Assembly (NCBI RefSeq): GCF_006345805.1
Contig: NC_043017.1
Coordinates: 7,254,001-7,318,000 of the forward strand
Direction of reading: 5' to 3'
From: Octopus sinensis
Taxonomy: Eukaryota
Length of the DNA stretch: 64,000 bases
The number at the start of each line of letters is the position of its first letter. Position 1 is the first letter of the stretch. Made by a program: the position numbers and the translations under genes. Under the pieces are notes generated by a model that saw only the letters and a list, made by a program, of their open reading frames with translations, was not told where the DNA came from and ran no database searches. Of this stretch, positions 38,033 through 51,589 are shown piece by piece.

Positions 38033-38984
38033 ATATATATATATATAATATATATATATATATATTATATATATACACACACACACACACATATACCTAT
38101 ATATATGAAATTCATTTTATCCATGTTTCATCAATGTCAGCTAATAGACTGTGGTGGTACCATCACCATTCTTTCAATATTCAGTAAATAAATAAATAAA
38201 TAAACCAAAAAAAAACAAAACAAAAACAAAAAAACAAACAAACAGCAACATCCCAGCCGAAATCTATCTAGAGAGTTCTACTTATCTATTCATCAAAGAC
38301 TTTAACTGTTTGTGATCTGGAGGTTCTTTACCCCCAACCCCCACACCTACCCTACCCACACTTCTCAGAATTCCGCACAAAAATAAGAAACCAAATCGTA
38401 ATGTTTTGTGACTGAACTTGAAAATGACATTGTATTTTATTCTCTTTCATTTTCATGGTTCTTTTGCCTTTTTTTTTCTTTCTTGCTGTTTTTTTTGTTG
38501 TTGTTTTTCTCTGAAGATATTCTCATATTTAATAGCTGTTTATTTCAAGCTCTGACAAAATACCATTACATACACACAAACACACACATACTCACACACA
38601 TAACATGCATAGGAATGTTATAAACGTTGAGGATACAGGAGAAATGTTTTCACAATGTATTTCGGAAAAAAAAACAAAAAAGAAAAACAAAAAAAAAAGC
38701 AAAAATGTAACCCCCCCCTCCACTTAATCCAAACAAATAAATAAACAAACCCATCTCTTTGAGATATTTATAAGCCTACATACTAAATTAGATGTTGTTT
38801 GAAAGATCAGAGCAGGTTCGCTCCCCCACTTCATTCTCTTTCCCTCTCAAGGTACCCCTGCCTCACCCCTATCTCATCAACACCTTGTTTTACAGGGGAC
38901 GATGTGAGTGAAATGTAAACAAAATGATGAGGTTTAAATCAACAGCAGAAATTGTTGTTGTTGCTGTTGTTGGTGTCAGTGCTA

Positions 38985-39181
38985 TCATCATCAGCATTGG
39001 CATTGTCATTATCTTCATTGTCGTCATCATCATAATTGCCATTGTTATCCTCATCATCACTACTCTTGTTATCATCATCCTGGTCGCTATCATCATCATC
39101 ATCATCACCACCATCATTGTAACCGTCATTATTGCTATCATCATCATCACCACCATCATCATTGTAACCGTCATTATTGCT

Positions 39182-39213
<32 letters not shown>

Positions 39214-39238
39214 TGCTACCATCATCATTATCATCATA
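38985..39238. repeat. (ATC)n-based degenerate trinucleotide repeat
   Basis: Includes caccatc(atc)attgtaaccgtcattattgctatc twice. Confidence 0.9.
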
Positions 39239-39261
39239 ACAGAATTAGAATACTCTCAATG

Positions 39262-39560
39262 ACAGACAATGTGGTCAATTTGTGACCACATCGTTTTTCA
39301 GAGGCCTTTGTGCATGGAAAGTTTGTCATGGTACTTGTGGAAAACTGTGTTTACAGAAAAGAGTGAAATGACTGACAGAAAGTCTGAGAAGCTATCAGAG
39401 ATTCTATTTGGTTTGTCTGAAGATGTCGATGGATTGTGTGGTGAGGTTTGTAGACATGCAGTCCAGTCACTGAGGATTGCTAGAATGGACTTTCATCCAT
39501 TGGTATTGATGACCCACTGTGTGTCATCATAGAAGATATTTACATCATCTTTTGCCATAT
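39262..39560 (-). mobile_element. LINE apurinic endonuclease (APE) domain fragment, RTE/L2-like
   Basis: DDVNIFYDDTQ..ILAILSDWTA..VNTVFHK..WSQIDHIVC matches EEFY..LQ..IVMGDFNA..TNTFFQHK..NQIDYIL. Confidence 0.75.
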
Positions 39561-39596
39561 TAATTGGTGAGTAGCAAATAATTATAATGATAATAA

Positions 39597-40130
39597 TAAT
39601 AATTTATTCTTTTTATTGGCCACAAGGGCTGACACACATGATTGGTAAACATAAAGGGACAAAACAGGACGAAAGGTTACAAAGGGTTTTGTCCGTTTTT
39701 GAAAAAATCCGAGTAAAAACAGTTCAACAACGAAAGATTGTAACAATTAAAAACTCCCAATAGGGGGAGGTGCTTCGAAAGGTTCCTGGTGGAAAAAGAC
39801 CCATAAAAGCCAACGGGAGCCTGGTCAAAAAGGGGGGTAGAGAGTCCCTTTTCTCCTTTTATATTACCTTTTTGAATCACAGGCGAAACCTGAGAACTGG
39901 TCCATTTATACTGGCCATTCTCGCACAATTCACCCACCTTTCATAAAACTTGCTATGGGACAGCACTCTTCTCTCTAACCCCATCTTCCTTTTCAATTGC
40001 TGGTTAAGGCCATGATTTCTGAGATTTCTTATTACAGAAAACCATGGAGATGAGTACCTGTTGAGAGACGGATGTGACAGGTTCAAGGGATGCATAGAAG
40101 GTGGGGATGACTAGGAGACCGACACTGCCA
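39597..40130 (-). mobile_element. Tx1/L1-type LINE 3' end
   Basis: C-terminus QQLKRKMGLERRVLSHSKFYERWVNCARMAS..FRL*, followed by a T-rich UTR and an AATAAAAGAATAAA tail. Confidence 0.7.
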
Positions 40131-40819
40131 TTACCAGCATCATCTGCTGTCAAGTGTATCAGCTTCCAGCCCTTGCCTCTGTCCAGACTTTGAACTTTCT
40201 CCTCACATTTAATTTTGTGTTCTTGAATGCAAATGATTGCTATGGTGTATGCTGGATTTATCTCCTTAATCCCTAAGATTTATCACACTAAATGTATAGG
40301 ATAAATAAACATTTAGCCTATTTTATTTTTAAAAATTATTTATCATATCAAATTCTATGTAATGGGAGTATATGTAAACAAAATGGTATTGAAATATTGC
40401 TAAGTAGTTTAAAGTATTACATTTCATAAGAGATAACACCAGACCAACATGGGGAGTGTTTGAGTAGATTAGAAGCTCTTTTTCCCTAAGATCTCTGCTT
40501 TGTAATGTTGATATTCTTTGATGGCAAAATTTCAGAAATTTCCAACTGAAGGTGTGGTGTAGCCAATCGCATTGACTTGCAGAATTCTCACTGTTGCTCA
40601 TTTTATCAGCACCGAAAAAATATAAGAAAAATTTAAATGTAATGTGAACACTCCAAGATGGGGTTTGAACACAGATCTCAACTAAATATTGCAAGATACT
40701 CAGTCTGAAGTGAAAACCCTTGATGTCTGTAACCCTAGTGTTGTCTAAATATAATAGTTTTTATTTATTTATTTACTTGGCTCTTCATTTCAGTTTATCT
40801 TTCTCCTCACCCCCAGAGC

Positions 40820-42050
40820 ATTGAACAAAATACTTTGCTGTATTTCTTCTAGTTTTCTATATTCTGAGTTCAAATCCTGTCGAGGCCATCTTTGCCTTTT
40901 ACATAGTTTCCAAGGTGTTTAAATTACCAAGATCACAACATTCCACCCCAATCCCACCCACTGAACAGGATATCGGTCTGTTGCAGGGTTGAATTCCAAC
41001 AATATTGATGGGAGCAGGCAAGTCGATTACATCGATCCCAGAACTTGACTGATGCTTTTCTTTATTAACTTTTTTCATTCTAAAGGAAAAAAGCAAAGTT
41101 TATGACTTTGCCAGGATTTGAACTCAAAACGTAAATAGCAGAAAAATGTTGCTAACCATTTTATCTGACAAGCTAATGACTCTACCAGCTTAACCACCTT
41201 TCTTATCCCTCTAGTATAAACTACCAGTCAACTACAGGGATCAGTTTAACAAACCCTTTCACTATAAAATTACTAACTTTGTGCTTAAATTAGAATTGAT
41301 TGTATAATGTGGTGGACCAGCAGAATCATTAGTTTTCTCTTGTTGTGAGTTCAAATCCTACTGAAGTTAAATTTACCTTTCTTCCCTCCGGGGGAAATAA
41401 AATAATGTACAAGTCAAGTGCTGCATTTGATGGTATTGACTAACCTTTCCCCCTAAAATTGCTGGCCTGGTGCCTGAATTGGAAACAGTTATTAAGGTAT
41501 TGAGCTGGCAGAATCGTTAGCATACTATACAAAATGTTTTATAACATTTCTTTTGGCTCTTTACATTCTGAGTTCAAATTCTGCTGGGGTTGATTTTGCC
41601 TTTCATTCTCTCAGGGTCAATAAAATAAGTACCAGTTGAGTCTAGGGGTCAATGTAATTGACTAACCCTCTCCCCTAAAATTTCACACTCTCTATCTGTT
41701 TTAGAAAGGACTGTTTAACTTCGTCAATGTCAACTTTTGCCTTTGACCCTTCCTGGGGTCGATAAAATCATTACCAGTTGAGCACAGGGGTTGATTTAAT
41801 CAACTTAGTTCCTCTTCTAAAATTGCTGGCCTTGTGCTAGAATTTGAAATTATCATTGGCGGCAAGCTGGCAGAATTGTTAGCACGCTGGGCGAAATGCT
41901 TAGAGGTATTTCGTCTGCCACTGTGTTCTGAGTTCAAATTCCATTGAGATCAACTTTGTCTTTCATCCTTTCGGGGTCAATAAAATAAGTATCAGTTGAA
42001 CACTGGGGTCGATGTAATCAACTCATCCCCACCCACCCCCAAGATGTCCT
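40820..42050 (+). mobile_element. Cluster of about six decayed Nin-like SINE copies, mostly plus strand
   Basis: Repeated ctgagttcaaat..ctttgcctttcat..taagtaccagtt..ggggtc units separated by short att-rich linkers; one minus-strand copy near 41020-41190. Confidence 0.75.
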
Positions 42051-42058
42051 TGTGGCAA

Positions 42059-42660
42059 AAATTATTATTATTATCATTATTATTACCATTATCATTATTA
42101 TTATCATTATTATTATTATTATTATCATCATTATTATCATTACCATTATCATTATTATTATCATTATTATTATTATTATTATCATCATTATTATCATTAC
42201 CATTATCATTACCATTATCATTATTATTATCATTATTATTATTATTATTATCATCATTATTATCATTACCATTATCATTATTATTATTATTATTATCATC
42301 ATTATTATCATTACCATTATCATTATTATTATCATTATTATTATCATTATCATTATTATTATTATCATCATTATTATTACCATTATCATTACCATTATCA
42401 TTATTATTATCATTATTATTATTATTATTATCATCATTATTATCATTACCATTATCATTATTATTATCATTATTATTATTATTATTATCATCATTATTAT
42501 CATTACCATTATCATTACCATTATCATTATTATTATCATTATCATTATTATTATTATCATCATTATTATCATTACCATTATCATTACCATTATCATTATT
42601 ATTATCATCATTATTATTATTATTATTATCATCATTATTATCATTACCATTATCATTATC

Positions 42661-42698
<38 letters not shown>

Positions 42699-42820
42699 CA
42701 TCATTATTATCATTACCATTATCATTATCATCATCATTATCATTATTATCATTATCATTATCATTATCATCATTATTATCATTATTATTATCATTATTAT
42801 TATTATCATTATCATCATCT
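42059..42820. repeat. (ATT/ATC/ACC)n trinucleotide array, about 760 bp, with higher-order units
   Basis: Recurring atcatcattattatcattaccattatc blocks; source of the poly-I, poly-L/S and poly-M/I ORFs. Confidence 0.95.
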
Positions 42821-43574
42821 CATAACATGGCTTCAGATTGAAAATGGGAATACATACTTAGGTGCTCTTCATCGTGTACTTTGACCTCAGGCAAAGTATC
42901 TTTCGCAGGATGCTCGTACTTTCATGAAGTGCTCTTTCAACTAACATGCAATGATAGGTTTATATTTAGCCAATTGATGTGCTGTTGTTGTCTTGTTAGG
43001 AATGGAGCCAAGGGCACCAATTACTATTGAAGCAAGAACAATCTGTGAGATATGTAATGTCAAATTATTTGGGTGGTGCTTAAAATGGAGAAGATCTCTT
43101 ATGGCTGAGAAGAAATACTCTGTAGTTTCTTTATTGTTTATCTTTTACTTGTTTACTGTGGCCATGCTGGAGCACTGCTTTAAGAAGTTTTGGTTGAACG
43201 AATTACAAGTAACTGTGGCTGAGAGAGAATATGGTAGAAAGATATCTGCATGTAATTCAAGGAGGCGATGATTTCAAGGATCTTGGGTACTATGTTGCTG
43301 ACAGAAAAGTACACTTTGTGCAGGCAAAGGACATGACCTAAGTACTACTACTTGGGGGTACCATGATTGTAAGATTGTGGTTTCAATTCCTGGACCGGGC
43401 GATGCATTGTGTTCTTGAGCAAAACACTTCATTTCATGTTGCTCCAGTCCACTCAGCTGGCAAAATTGAGTAACGCTGCAATGGACTGGCGTCCCGTCCA
43501 GCTGGGGGGAACACATACGCCATAGAAACTGGGAAACTGGGCCCATGAGCCTGGCTAGGCTTTAAAAGGGCACA

Positions 43575-44100
43575 TTTATTTATTTATTTATACTTGTGAT
43601 AGCATTTACCCAGGATGGGTCAAGCTGGTTCTGACCAATGAGTTTACCATGTCCCTCACAAATGCTGACCACATCCTTCGGTTGGCCCTAACATTCTAGC
43701 AAAGTAATGCTTCTGCCTGTGGCCTCAATAATCCAGTTTGCAAATTTGATGAATGTGCCACTGGGAGAGAAATACGTTGGAAAGTGTGGATACCATAGCC
43801 ATAGATGTCATTCGTTGTTGAGGTGGAGAGTTCATGTTCGGATTGTCATTGGGAATACAAGTTCACATGTGGTCCCTGGTCACATGCATGCACACTTTGG
43901 GACAGTGTGATCCATAGCAACTCATTTTGTCATCGTCAACCATTGTAATGGATTCACTGGCCAAGTCACTGCTAATTAATTATTGGAGCAGATGTAGCCT
44001 GGGTTTGAAGCTGGTGATACAAGTGCTACTTCTCCATGTCTGAGTAGATTTGGGATCAATAGTGGCTAAGAAGGGTGTCACATTCTTCAAATCCCTGGAA
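43575..44100 (-). mobile_element. Decayed RTE-like LINE 3' part
   Basis: Ends WSAFVRDMVNSLVRTSLTHPG*MLSQV with an (AAAT)n tail; upstream HLWLWYPHFP resembles LRLYGHLARFP. Confidence 0.5.
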
Positions 44101-46593
44101 CTTGTGTATCAAGGCCCCACTGTTGGATGCAGCTTAAAGTCTTACCCAGCATAAAGCGCTTGTAACAAGCTTGAAAACATTTGGTAGCCAAGTATTTCAA
44201 AGTCAAGGCTGGGTTTTTATTTAGGGTTTTTAAAAGGAATTTGTCTGTTTGGAGGCAAAACCTTGACTGGCTTCTGTGCCTGTGGCACATAAAAAGCACC
44301 AAGCGATCGTGGTCGTTGCCAGCCTCCTCAGGCCCCTGTGCTGGTGGCACGTAAAAAGCACCTACTACACTCTTGGAGTGGTTGGCTTTAGGAAGGGCAT
44401 CCAGCTGTAGAAGCACTGCCAGATCAGACTGGAACCTGGTGCAGACCCCAGTCAAACCATCCAACCCATGCCAGCATGGAAAACTGACGTTAAACGATGA
44501 TGAAATGAAGCAAAATTTGTATCTTGGGAGGTTCATTATGCCAATAATAAACACATGCATTGGTTCAGTTTCACTTTTTTATGGCTCGTTAGTTGGTTAA
44601 CTATTTAACCAACCAACCAACCAACCAATTGATTGCTTGATTAATCATTCAGTTAATCAATCAGTTGTGTTTGTCAAAGTTCTTTTTGATTAAGCAAATG
44701 AATACTCAAAGAATCAATTAGTTAGTTGGTTAAGTAGTTTGTCAGTTGAGTAGTAGTAGTAGTAGTAGTAGTAGTAATAATAATGATGATAGAACCAGTG
44801 CATGTGCCTGTTGTTGGCATAATGTCCCCACCCCCACCCCACCCCACCCCAAGGTACAACGAAATCTGTTTCAACACTTGTGTTCAAATCAAGAATCTTG
44901 CAAACCAAATACGAAACCGAAATGAAAAAAATTAAATCAATAATTATTTTTCAATTTGATTTCTGATAAAATGATAAATCTTAATAATGACGGATGGAAA
45001 AAAAAAGTCTAAGAAGCAATTCATGTAATTAGTTATTTTAATAATTTACCCTTTTTTGTCATTGCTAATGTGATTGCTATAATAAACCACAATAATTAAT
45101 GTTGGTGCTTAGCTACAATAAAATTCCCTGCCTTTATTGACTGTTTTGTCTTCCTTTTTCTATTTTGAAACAAATATTTGGGGGAATATGTGTATTTAAA
45201 TAATTTAGGTTAATTTGTTTGGCCTGTTTTTCGTCTCTGTGTGCATGCTTGGTTGCGTGGTTAAGAAGTGTGCATTCCAACCCTGTGGTTTCAGGTTCAG
45301 TCTCACTGCATGGCACCAGCAAGTGAGTGACTTCTACTATAGCCCCAGGCCGACCAATGACTTGTGAGTGGATTTAGTAGGCGAAAACTGAAAGAAGCTT
45401 GCAGTGTATGTATATCCCAAGTATGACCTCAAACTTCATCCAGTTTTGAGACCCAGGTAGAGGGGTTCCAGGGTTTTGAAGAGAGTGGAACCACCTCTCT
45501 GCTAGTATTGTTTTCCAGTCTAGTTTGATCCAGAATAGAAGCAACTAGGTGGGCCCCAGCTAAGGGTTAATTAACATGTGAACCAATGGGAGTTAAGGAA
45601 CCCTAGTTCCTGTTAGAACTTCCTTCTAGGAGAAGGTAAACTTGTATAAAAAACAAACAAACCTGAAGTGCAGTTGCTTTCTAGTCATCTGGGCCTCTGT
45701 TGTGGCCCTGATTTCATGGGAAATATGTATAGTACCTGTAATTCAAAGGCCCAGCCTTGTCACATTGTGTCATACTGAATCTGCCTGAGAACTATGTTAA
45801 AGGTGCATGTGTCTGTGGAGTACTCAGCAACTTGCTCGTTAATTTCATGTGCAGGCTGTCCCATTAATCAGGCCAATTGGAACCCTTGTCATCATAACTG
45901 GCAGAGTACCAATTATCACAGGAGTCACTGGTGATGCCAATGCTAAAGTTCACTGTTTATACAGAGTATTAGAACATATGTGGTTAAAAAATTGAAAAAA
46001 ACCCCCCAAAATAACAAAACAAAAAATGGAATTTATAAGAAAATTTAAGTGCTAGTGCAAAAGAAAATGTGGGGCAAAATGGGTCTTATAGGCAAAGTGC
46101 TAAGTACATGTTTTTAGTCCATTCATGTCCAGTTATTAGAGGATTTTCACGAATGTTTGCACTCGCCCCATTTATCTCCTTCCTCTTTGTTCTTCTCATA
46201 TGACAGTGAGAGTCACTGCAGACAGGCGTGTTTTTGTGGTCGCTCAACCGGCTATTGTGTGTCAGAAATTGTGTTGGATTGTCATTAATTGTCATTACTG
46301 GAATGCTTTTGATCAAAGGTCTGCTCAGTCAATGCTGATGTTGAAGTAGATCAGAAGAACGACGATGACAACAACAACAAATACAGTCAGGCGAAGGGTA
46401 CAGGCATGGATGTGTGCTAAGAAGTTTGCTTCCCGGCCTCAGGTTCAATTCCACTGTGCGATACCTCAAGTAAAGATCTTCTGCTATAGCCCTGGTTCAA
46501 CCAAAACCTTGCGAGGATTTGGTAGATGGAAATCAAAAGCATGTTGTGTGTGTGTGTGTGTGTAAGCATTGACTGTATAAAATCCGCCTCAAC

Positions 46594-46718
46594 TATGATT
46601 TCACTCGGCTTGATGAATCTTCTCAAGCACAGCATATCGCCAAGGGATCTTGGTCACTTGACATCGCCTCTGTGAGACCCAATACTCCAATATCATGCTT
46701 TACCACCTCATCCCATAG
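46594..46718 (-). mobile_element. RTE LINE C-terminal fragment
   Basis: WDEVVKHDIGVLGLTEAMSSDQDPWRYAVLEK is homologous to the 62800-62900 copy. Confidence 0.8.
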
Positions 46719-49008
46719 ATTCAAAGAATTAGCGAGGAGAAGGTTTTACAAGTCTGACAGCTGTTTCTGAGGGCTCAGAATTACCTCCTAAAATTGGCAG
46801 ATGTAGTTCATCAATAATTTGCAGCCAGTAATGGAAGCAAATGTGTGTGTGTGTGTGTGTGTGTGTAAGCATTGACTGTATAAAATCCGCCTCAACAAAT
46901 TCTGTCGCACCTACACAATCATGGTACAGTGAGCGTTAAACAATGATAATGATGATAAGCAGAAAATGACCTCTTGACCTCTTATGAATTTTAATTGCAT
47001 AATAATGATGAATTGTTTATAATTTCCTCATCTCCAATGGTGGAGGATTTTGGAAAACACTTGCTCCCATCTCTCCACTCACCCCCTCCCTCTTTGTTGG
47101 TTTCTTATGACACATCAAAACTTGAAATGGGGCCTGTTCGCAGTGGATCTCAAATATATCTTTGCACATTGGTGAGTCATGGTATACCACTGGTATACCG
47201 TGACCTAATAGTGTGCCATAGTGCATTACTTGTGTATTGTGGCACTTTGGTGTATTGTAGGATACCTTTGATTCACTGACACACTAGTGTCACATGGTAC
47301 ATCAATGGTGTACCATGGCACACTGGTGTGCCATGGTGCACTACTTGTGTATTGTGACATGTTAATGTATTGTAGGATACTGCTGGTGTACTGTAGCACA
47401 CTAGTGTATCATGGCACACCGCTAATAATCTTTCTACTATAGGCAGAAGCCCTGAAAATTAGAGGAGGGGTATAGTCAATTACATTGACCCCAGTATGTA
47501 ACTGGTACTTATTTTATCGACCCCTAAAAGGATGAAAGGCAAAGATGACTTTGGCAAAATTTGAACTCGGAACGTAGCGATGGGTGAAATACCGCTAAGC
47601 ATTTTGTTAAGCACGCCAACAATTCTGCAGCTCGCCGCCTTTTTAATAATAATAATAATAATAATAATGATTTCTCATATAGGCACAAGCCTGAAATTTG
47701 GGGAAGAAGATTTATTGATTGCATTGCCCCAGTATTTCACTGGTACTTTATTGTTACCAAAAGGATGAGAGGCAGAATCAATCTATGTAGAATTAGAATT
47801 CAGAACATAAAGACAGATGAAATATTGGTAAGCATGTCATCCAGCTTGCTGGACACTACCATGATGATAATAATAATAATAATAATATTTCAATTGTTTT
47901 TCAAAGCTGGTTGTTCTAAAGTTCCTCTTTCTCCGCCCTCTTTCCTCCCCTTGTCCTTATCTGCAATATAAGTTGATTGAAGGACGTATTTTTAGAATTT
48001 TCGGTTAGTAGCAGCAGCAGCAGCAGCAGCAACGGCGGCAGCAGAATGTTTGTTGAAGTGATCTCTTAATCTGTTATGACTATGGTCAACGTCGCCGATG
48101 ATGTGATTGTCCGCTTCAAATAACAGTCTATAACTAAGAATCGTTATTGATTGTACTTCCCTCTTCTTCATAAGCTAGCTTCTGTTGTCTTTTAACGAAC
48201 TCAGCGACAAATCATAATTGCTTTCTAAATTCAGCATGAGTGAAAGATGAATTTTTTGTTTCTTTTTTTTTTGTTTTCACGTTTTTTTTTTGGTTCTATA
48301 AATTTGGTTTTTTTGTTTTATAATAAATATATTGAGCATTGAAATTAAATTAATGTTTCATAGGTGCAGACATGACTGTGTGGTAAGCAGTTTGTTTCCC
48401 AACCACATGGTTCCGGGTTCAGTCTCACTGCGTGGCACCTTGAGCAAGTGTCTTCTACTATAGCTCTTGACTGACCAATGCCCTATGAGTGGATTAGGCA
48501 GATGGAAACTGAAAGAAGTTTGTTGTGTGCATATATGTGTGTGTGTCCCCCCCCCGCTAATTGACAACTGCTGTTGGTTCATTTACATCTCTATAACTTA
48601 GCAGTGTGCCAAAAGAGATCAGTAGAATAAGTACTGGAGTTGATTTTTCAAGGTGGTGCCCCAGTATGGCCGCTGTTGGATTGACTGAAACAAGTAAAAG
48701 ATGAAACATATAAGAAAATAACACACAAAAGCAAGTTCTTCTCATAACCATATTTTGCTTGGAACACAAATATCGTCTTCATCATCATCATCATCATCAT
48801 CGGACAAAATGCTTAGCAGCTGTTCAACTGGCTCCTTATGTTCTGGGTTCACATTCTGCTGAGGTTGACTTTGCCTTTCATCCAATCAGGGTCAATAATA
48901 TAAGTACCAGTTGAATACTGGGGTTGATGTAACTGTCTATTCCTTTACTCTTAAAATTGCTGCCCGTGTGCCAAAATTTAACACTATCATCATCATCATC
49001 ATCATCAT

Positions 49009-49400
49009 TGGCGGTGAGCTGGCAGAATCATTAGCATGCCAGGCAAAATGCTTAGCGGTATTTCGTCTGCCGTTACGTTCTGGGTTCAAATTCCGCCAAG
49101 GTCGACTTTGCCTTTCATCCTTTTGGGGTCGATAAATTAAGTACCAGTTATGCACTGGGGTCGATATAATCAACTTAATCTGTTTGTCCTTGTTTGTCCT
49201 CTCTGTGTTTAGCCCCTTGTGGGTAGTAAAGAAATAGGTATTTCGTCTGCTGCTATGTTCTGAGTTCAAATTCTGCTGAGGTCAACTTTGCCTTTCATCC
49301 TTTTGGGGTTGATAAATTAATTACCATTTGCATACTGGGGTTGATCTAATTGACCGTCCCCCTCCCCACCAAAAATTTTGGGCCTTGTGCCTAGAGTAGA
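49009..49400 (+). mobile_element. Nin-like SINE plus a tandem partial copy
   Basis: Family match. Confidence 0.85.
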
Positions 49401-49404
49401 AAAG

Positions 49405-49442
<38 letters not shown>

Positions 49443-49992
49443 CATTCCTCGTAGAATTTGTTGTTGTTATTGTTGTTGTAGCCTCTGCTGCTATTTTGCA
49501 AACAATCTCTTGGACTGGATAAATGGTCTGTTAAATTTCAATAAAGAAATTTGTTTAAATTCTGTTTTATTGAATCAAATAATTCAAGCCTGATTGATCT
49601 TTAGTCTTTCTTCTTCTTTTCTTCTCTTTTCTTTCTTTATTTGGTTTTTTTTTTCCCTTCTTTTTTACTGATCTGAATAAAGAAATCTTAAACAGTGTAA
49701 GGGTCAATATAAATGTAAGCAGTGCTTGTTGCTATTGTTGTTGTTTATCCTCATCTTGATCTGCTAGAAATAGAAGTGAAAAGTCTTCTTACATAAATAA
49801 AAAAAGTAAATGCATATTGGATCATTTAATCTTTGATATACAAAATGGTGCGTTGTGATGGTCACAGGTGGACTGTCTTCAAATAAAATGTTAGGTGTGT
49901 TAAATGAGACTAGTAGACCTGGAGCTAAAAAAACAATCCCCCCGCCACTCACTTGCTATATAACTTGTAAAGTTTTGCATATTCCTACTTGT

Positions 49993-50290
49993 GGAGGCAC
50001 ATGGCCTAGTGGTTAGAGCAGCGGACTCGCGGTTGAGGGATCGTGGGTTCGAATCTCAGACCGGGCGATGGGTGTGTTTATGAGCGAAACACCTAAGCTC
50101 CACACAGCTCCGGCAGAAGGTAATGGTGAATTTCTGCTAACTCACCACAACTTTCTCTCTCTCTTTCCTCCTGCATCTGGCAGCTCACCTGCGACGGACC
50201 GGCGTCCCGTCCAGTTGGGGAACCTATACGCCAAGGAAACCGGGAAAATGGCCCTTATGAGAAGGAACATGGCTGGAGAAGGAACAAAAA
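49993..50290 (+). mobile_element. tRNA-derived SINE, third family
   Basis: A-box tggcctagtggttagagc, B-box gggttcgaatctc; the body matches the 16305 copy. Confidence 0.85.
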
Positions 50291-50568
50291 AAAAATTCCA
50301 ACTTGATAAATTTTTCATTACAAACAACAACAACTTTCAACAAGATACAACAATTCAGTATAACCTTTTCTTTTTATCCTCTCTTCATTGTTTTCTTCCC
50401 TCGTTCCTTTCTGTAGAAGGGCATAGGTCTGAAATGTCAATGACTTTTCTATTTTGCCTGAGTCTCAAACTACTACACCTTGTTTGTATATATCCAGGAT
50501 TATATGATCCAATAAGCCAATAGCTTAAAAAAAAACCCTTTTGGAAATTTCATTGCTATTTCTAGCAG

Positions 50569-50617
50569 ATGAAGTCATTGTGTAGAGTCTGCCATGTTCA
50601 CCTGTGAAAGGAGTGGG
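50569..50617 (+). CDS. Candidate exon with a start codon (GCCATG), MFTCERSG, phase-0 donor
   Basis: Acceptor ttgctatttctagcag, donor GGG|GTAAGT, ATG in a good Kozak context. Confidence 0.3.
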
Positions 50618-51070
50618 GTAAGTTAGTACTCTATAGTTTTTAGTTGAACATGGAGACATTTAATGCATTGAAGGATGGGAAGTATTACAAAATAAATAAA
50701 TAAATATATAAATAAATGGAATACTAAAAAAAAAAGCAAAACAAAGTGAAAGCATGTAATTATCTTCTTTCTTCATTCTGTGATTGATTTGTCCCAGTTT
50801 AATCAGTGTAATGTGGTGTGACATAATCTTAAACCTAGACTGAACTATTTATAGCAGCATTGCTTAAAACATCTTCATCAGAGTAGCTTGTCACACATAC
50901 ATGCGTGTGCATGCACAGACATACACATATACACACAGAGACATGCACACTCTGTGTGTGTGTATGTGTGTGTGTGTGTGTGTGAGTAGCTTTTTTTTTT
51001 TATTGAAGCTAAAACAAAGTTTGTCTCACAACTTGAGTTTTATGCCACATGATCTTATATCTGTCTCTCT

Positions 51071-51131
<61 letters not shown>

Positions 51132-51589
51132 CACAGGTATGACTGTGTGGTTGTTAAGAAGCTTGCTTCTCAATCATTTGGTTCTGAGTTCAGTCCCACT
51201 GTGTGGCACCTTGGGCAAGTGTCTTCTACTAGAGTCAAAGCTTTGTGAGTTGATTTGTAACAAATTGAACGAAGTTCATCGTGTGTGTGTGTGTGTGTGT
51301 GTGTTTGCTTGTCTTGACAGTGTGTGATTGTAGTAAACAAGAGTCACTGTCATACAAGCAGTGTCCATCGTTACTAACCTTCTGTGAAAACATGTCTGTC
51401 TGTATGAGGAAACGTTACCTTCCGTGGAAACAGTTAAGAATTGGCAACAGGAAGGGCATCCAACCAAACAAATTTTGCATCTCTCACTCGTTCTCATACT
51501 TTCACTCGCTCTCATACTCACTCGCTCCCACACTCTTAATTGCTCTCACACTCTCGGTCATACACACACACACACACACACACACACAT

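Noticed and set aside
35598-40548. Chain of tiny plus-strand exons (35598, 37241, 40533)
   Set aside because: The splice signals are mediocre and the joined peptide is not recognisable; such sites are expected by chance.
40329-40694. 121-aa minus-strand ORF
   Set aside because: No domain similarity recognised and no supporting splice or start context.
41996-42841. The longest ORFs (257-281 aa)
   Set aside because: They are read-throughs of a trinucleotide microsatellite.
49993-50065. tRNA gene
   Set aside because: It is a tRNA-derived SINE head; it continues into a SINE body shared with 16305 and has no proper acceptor stem.
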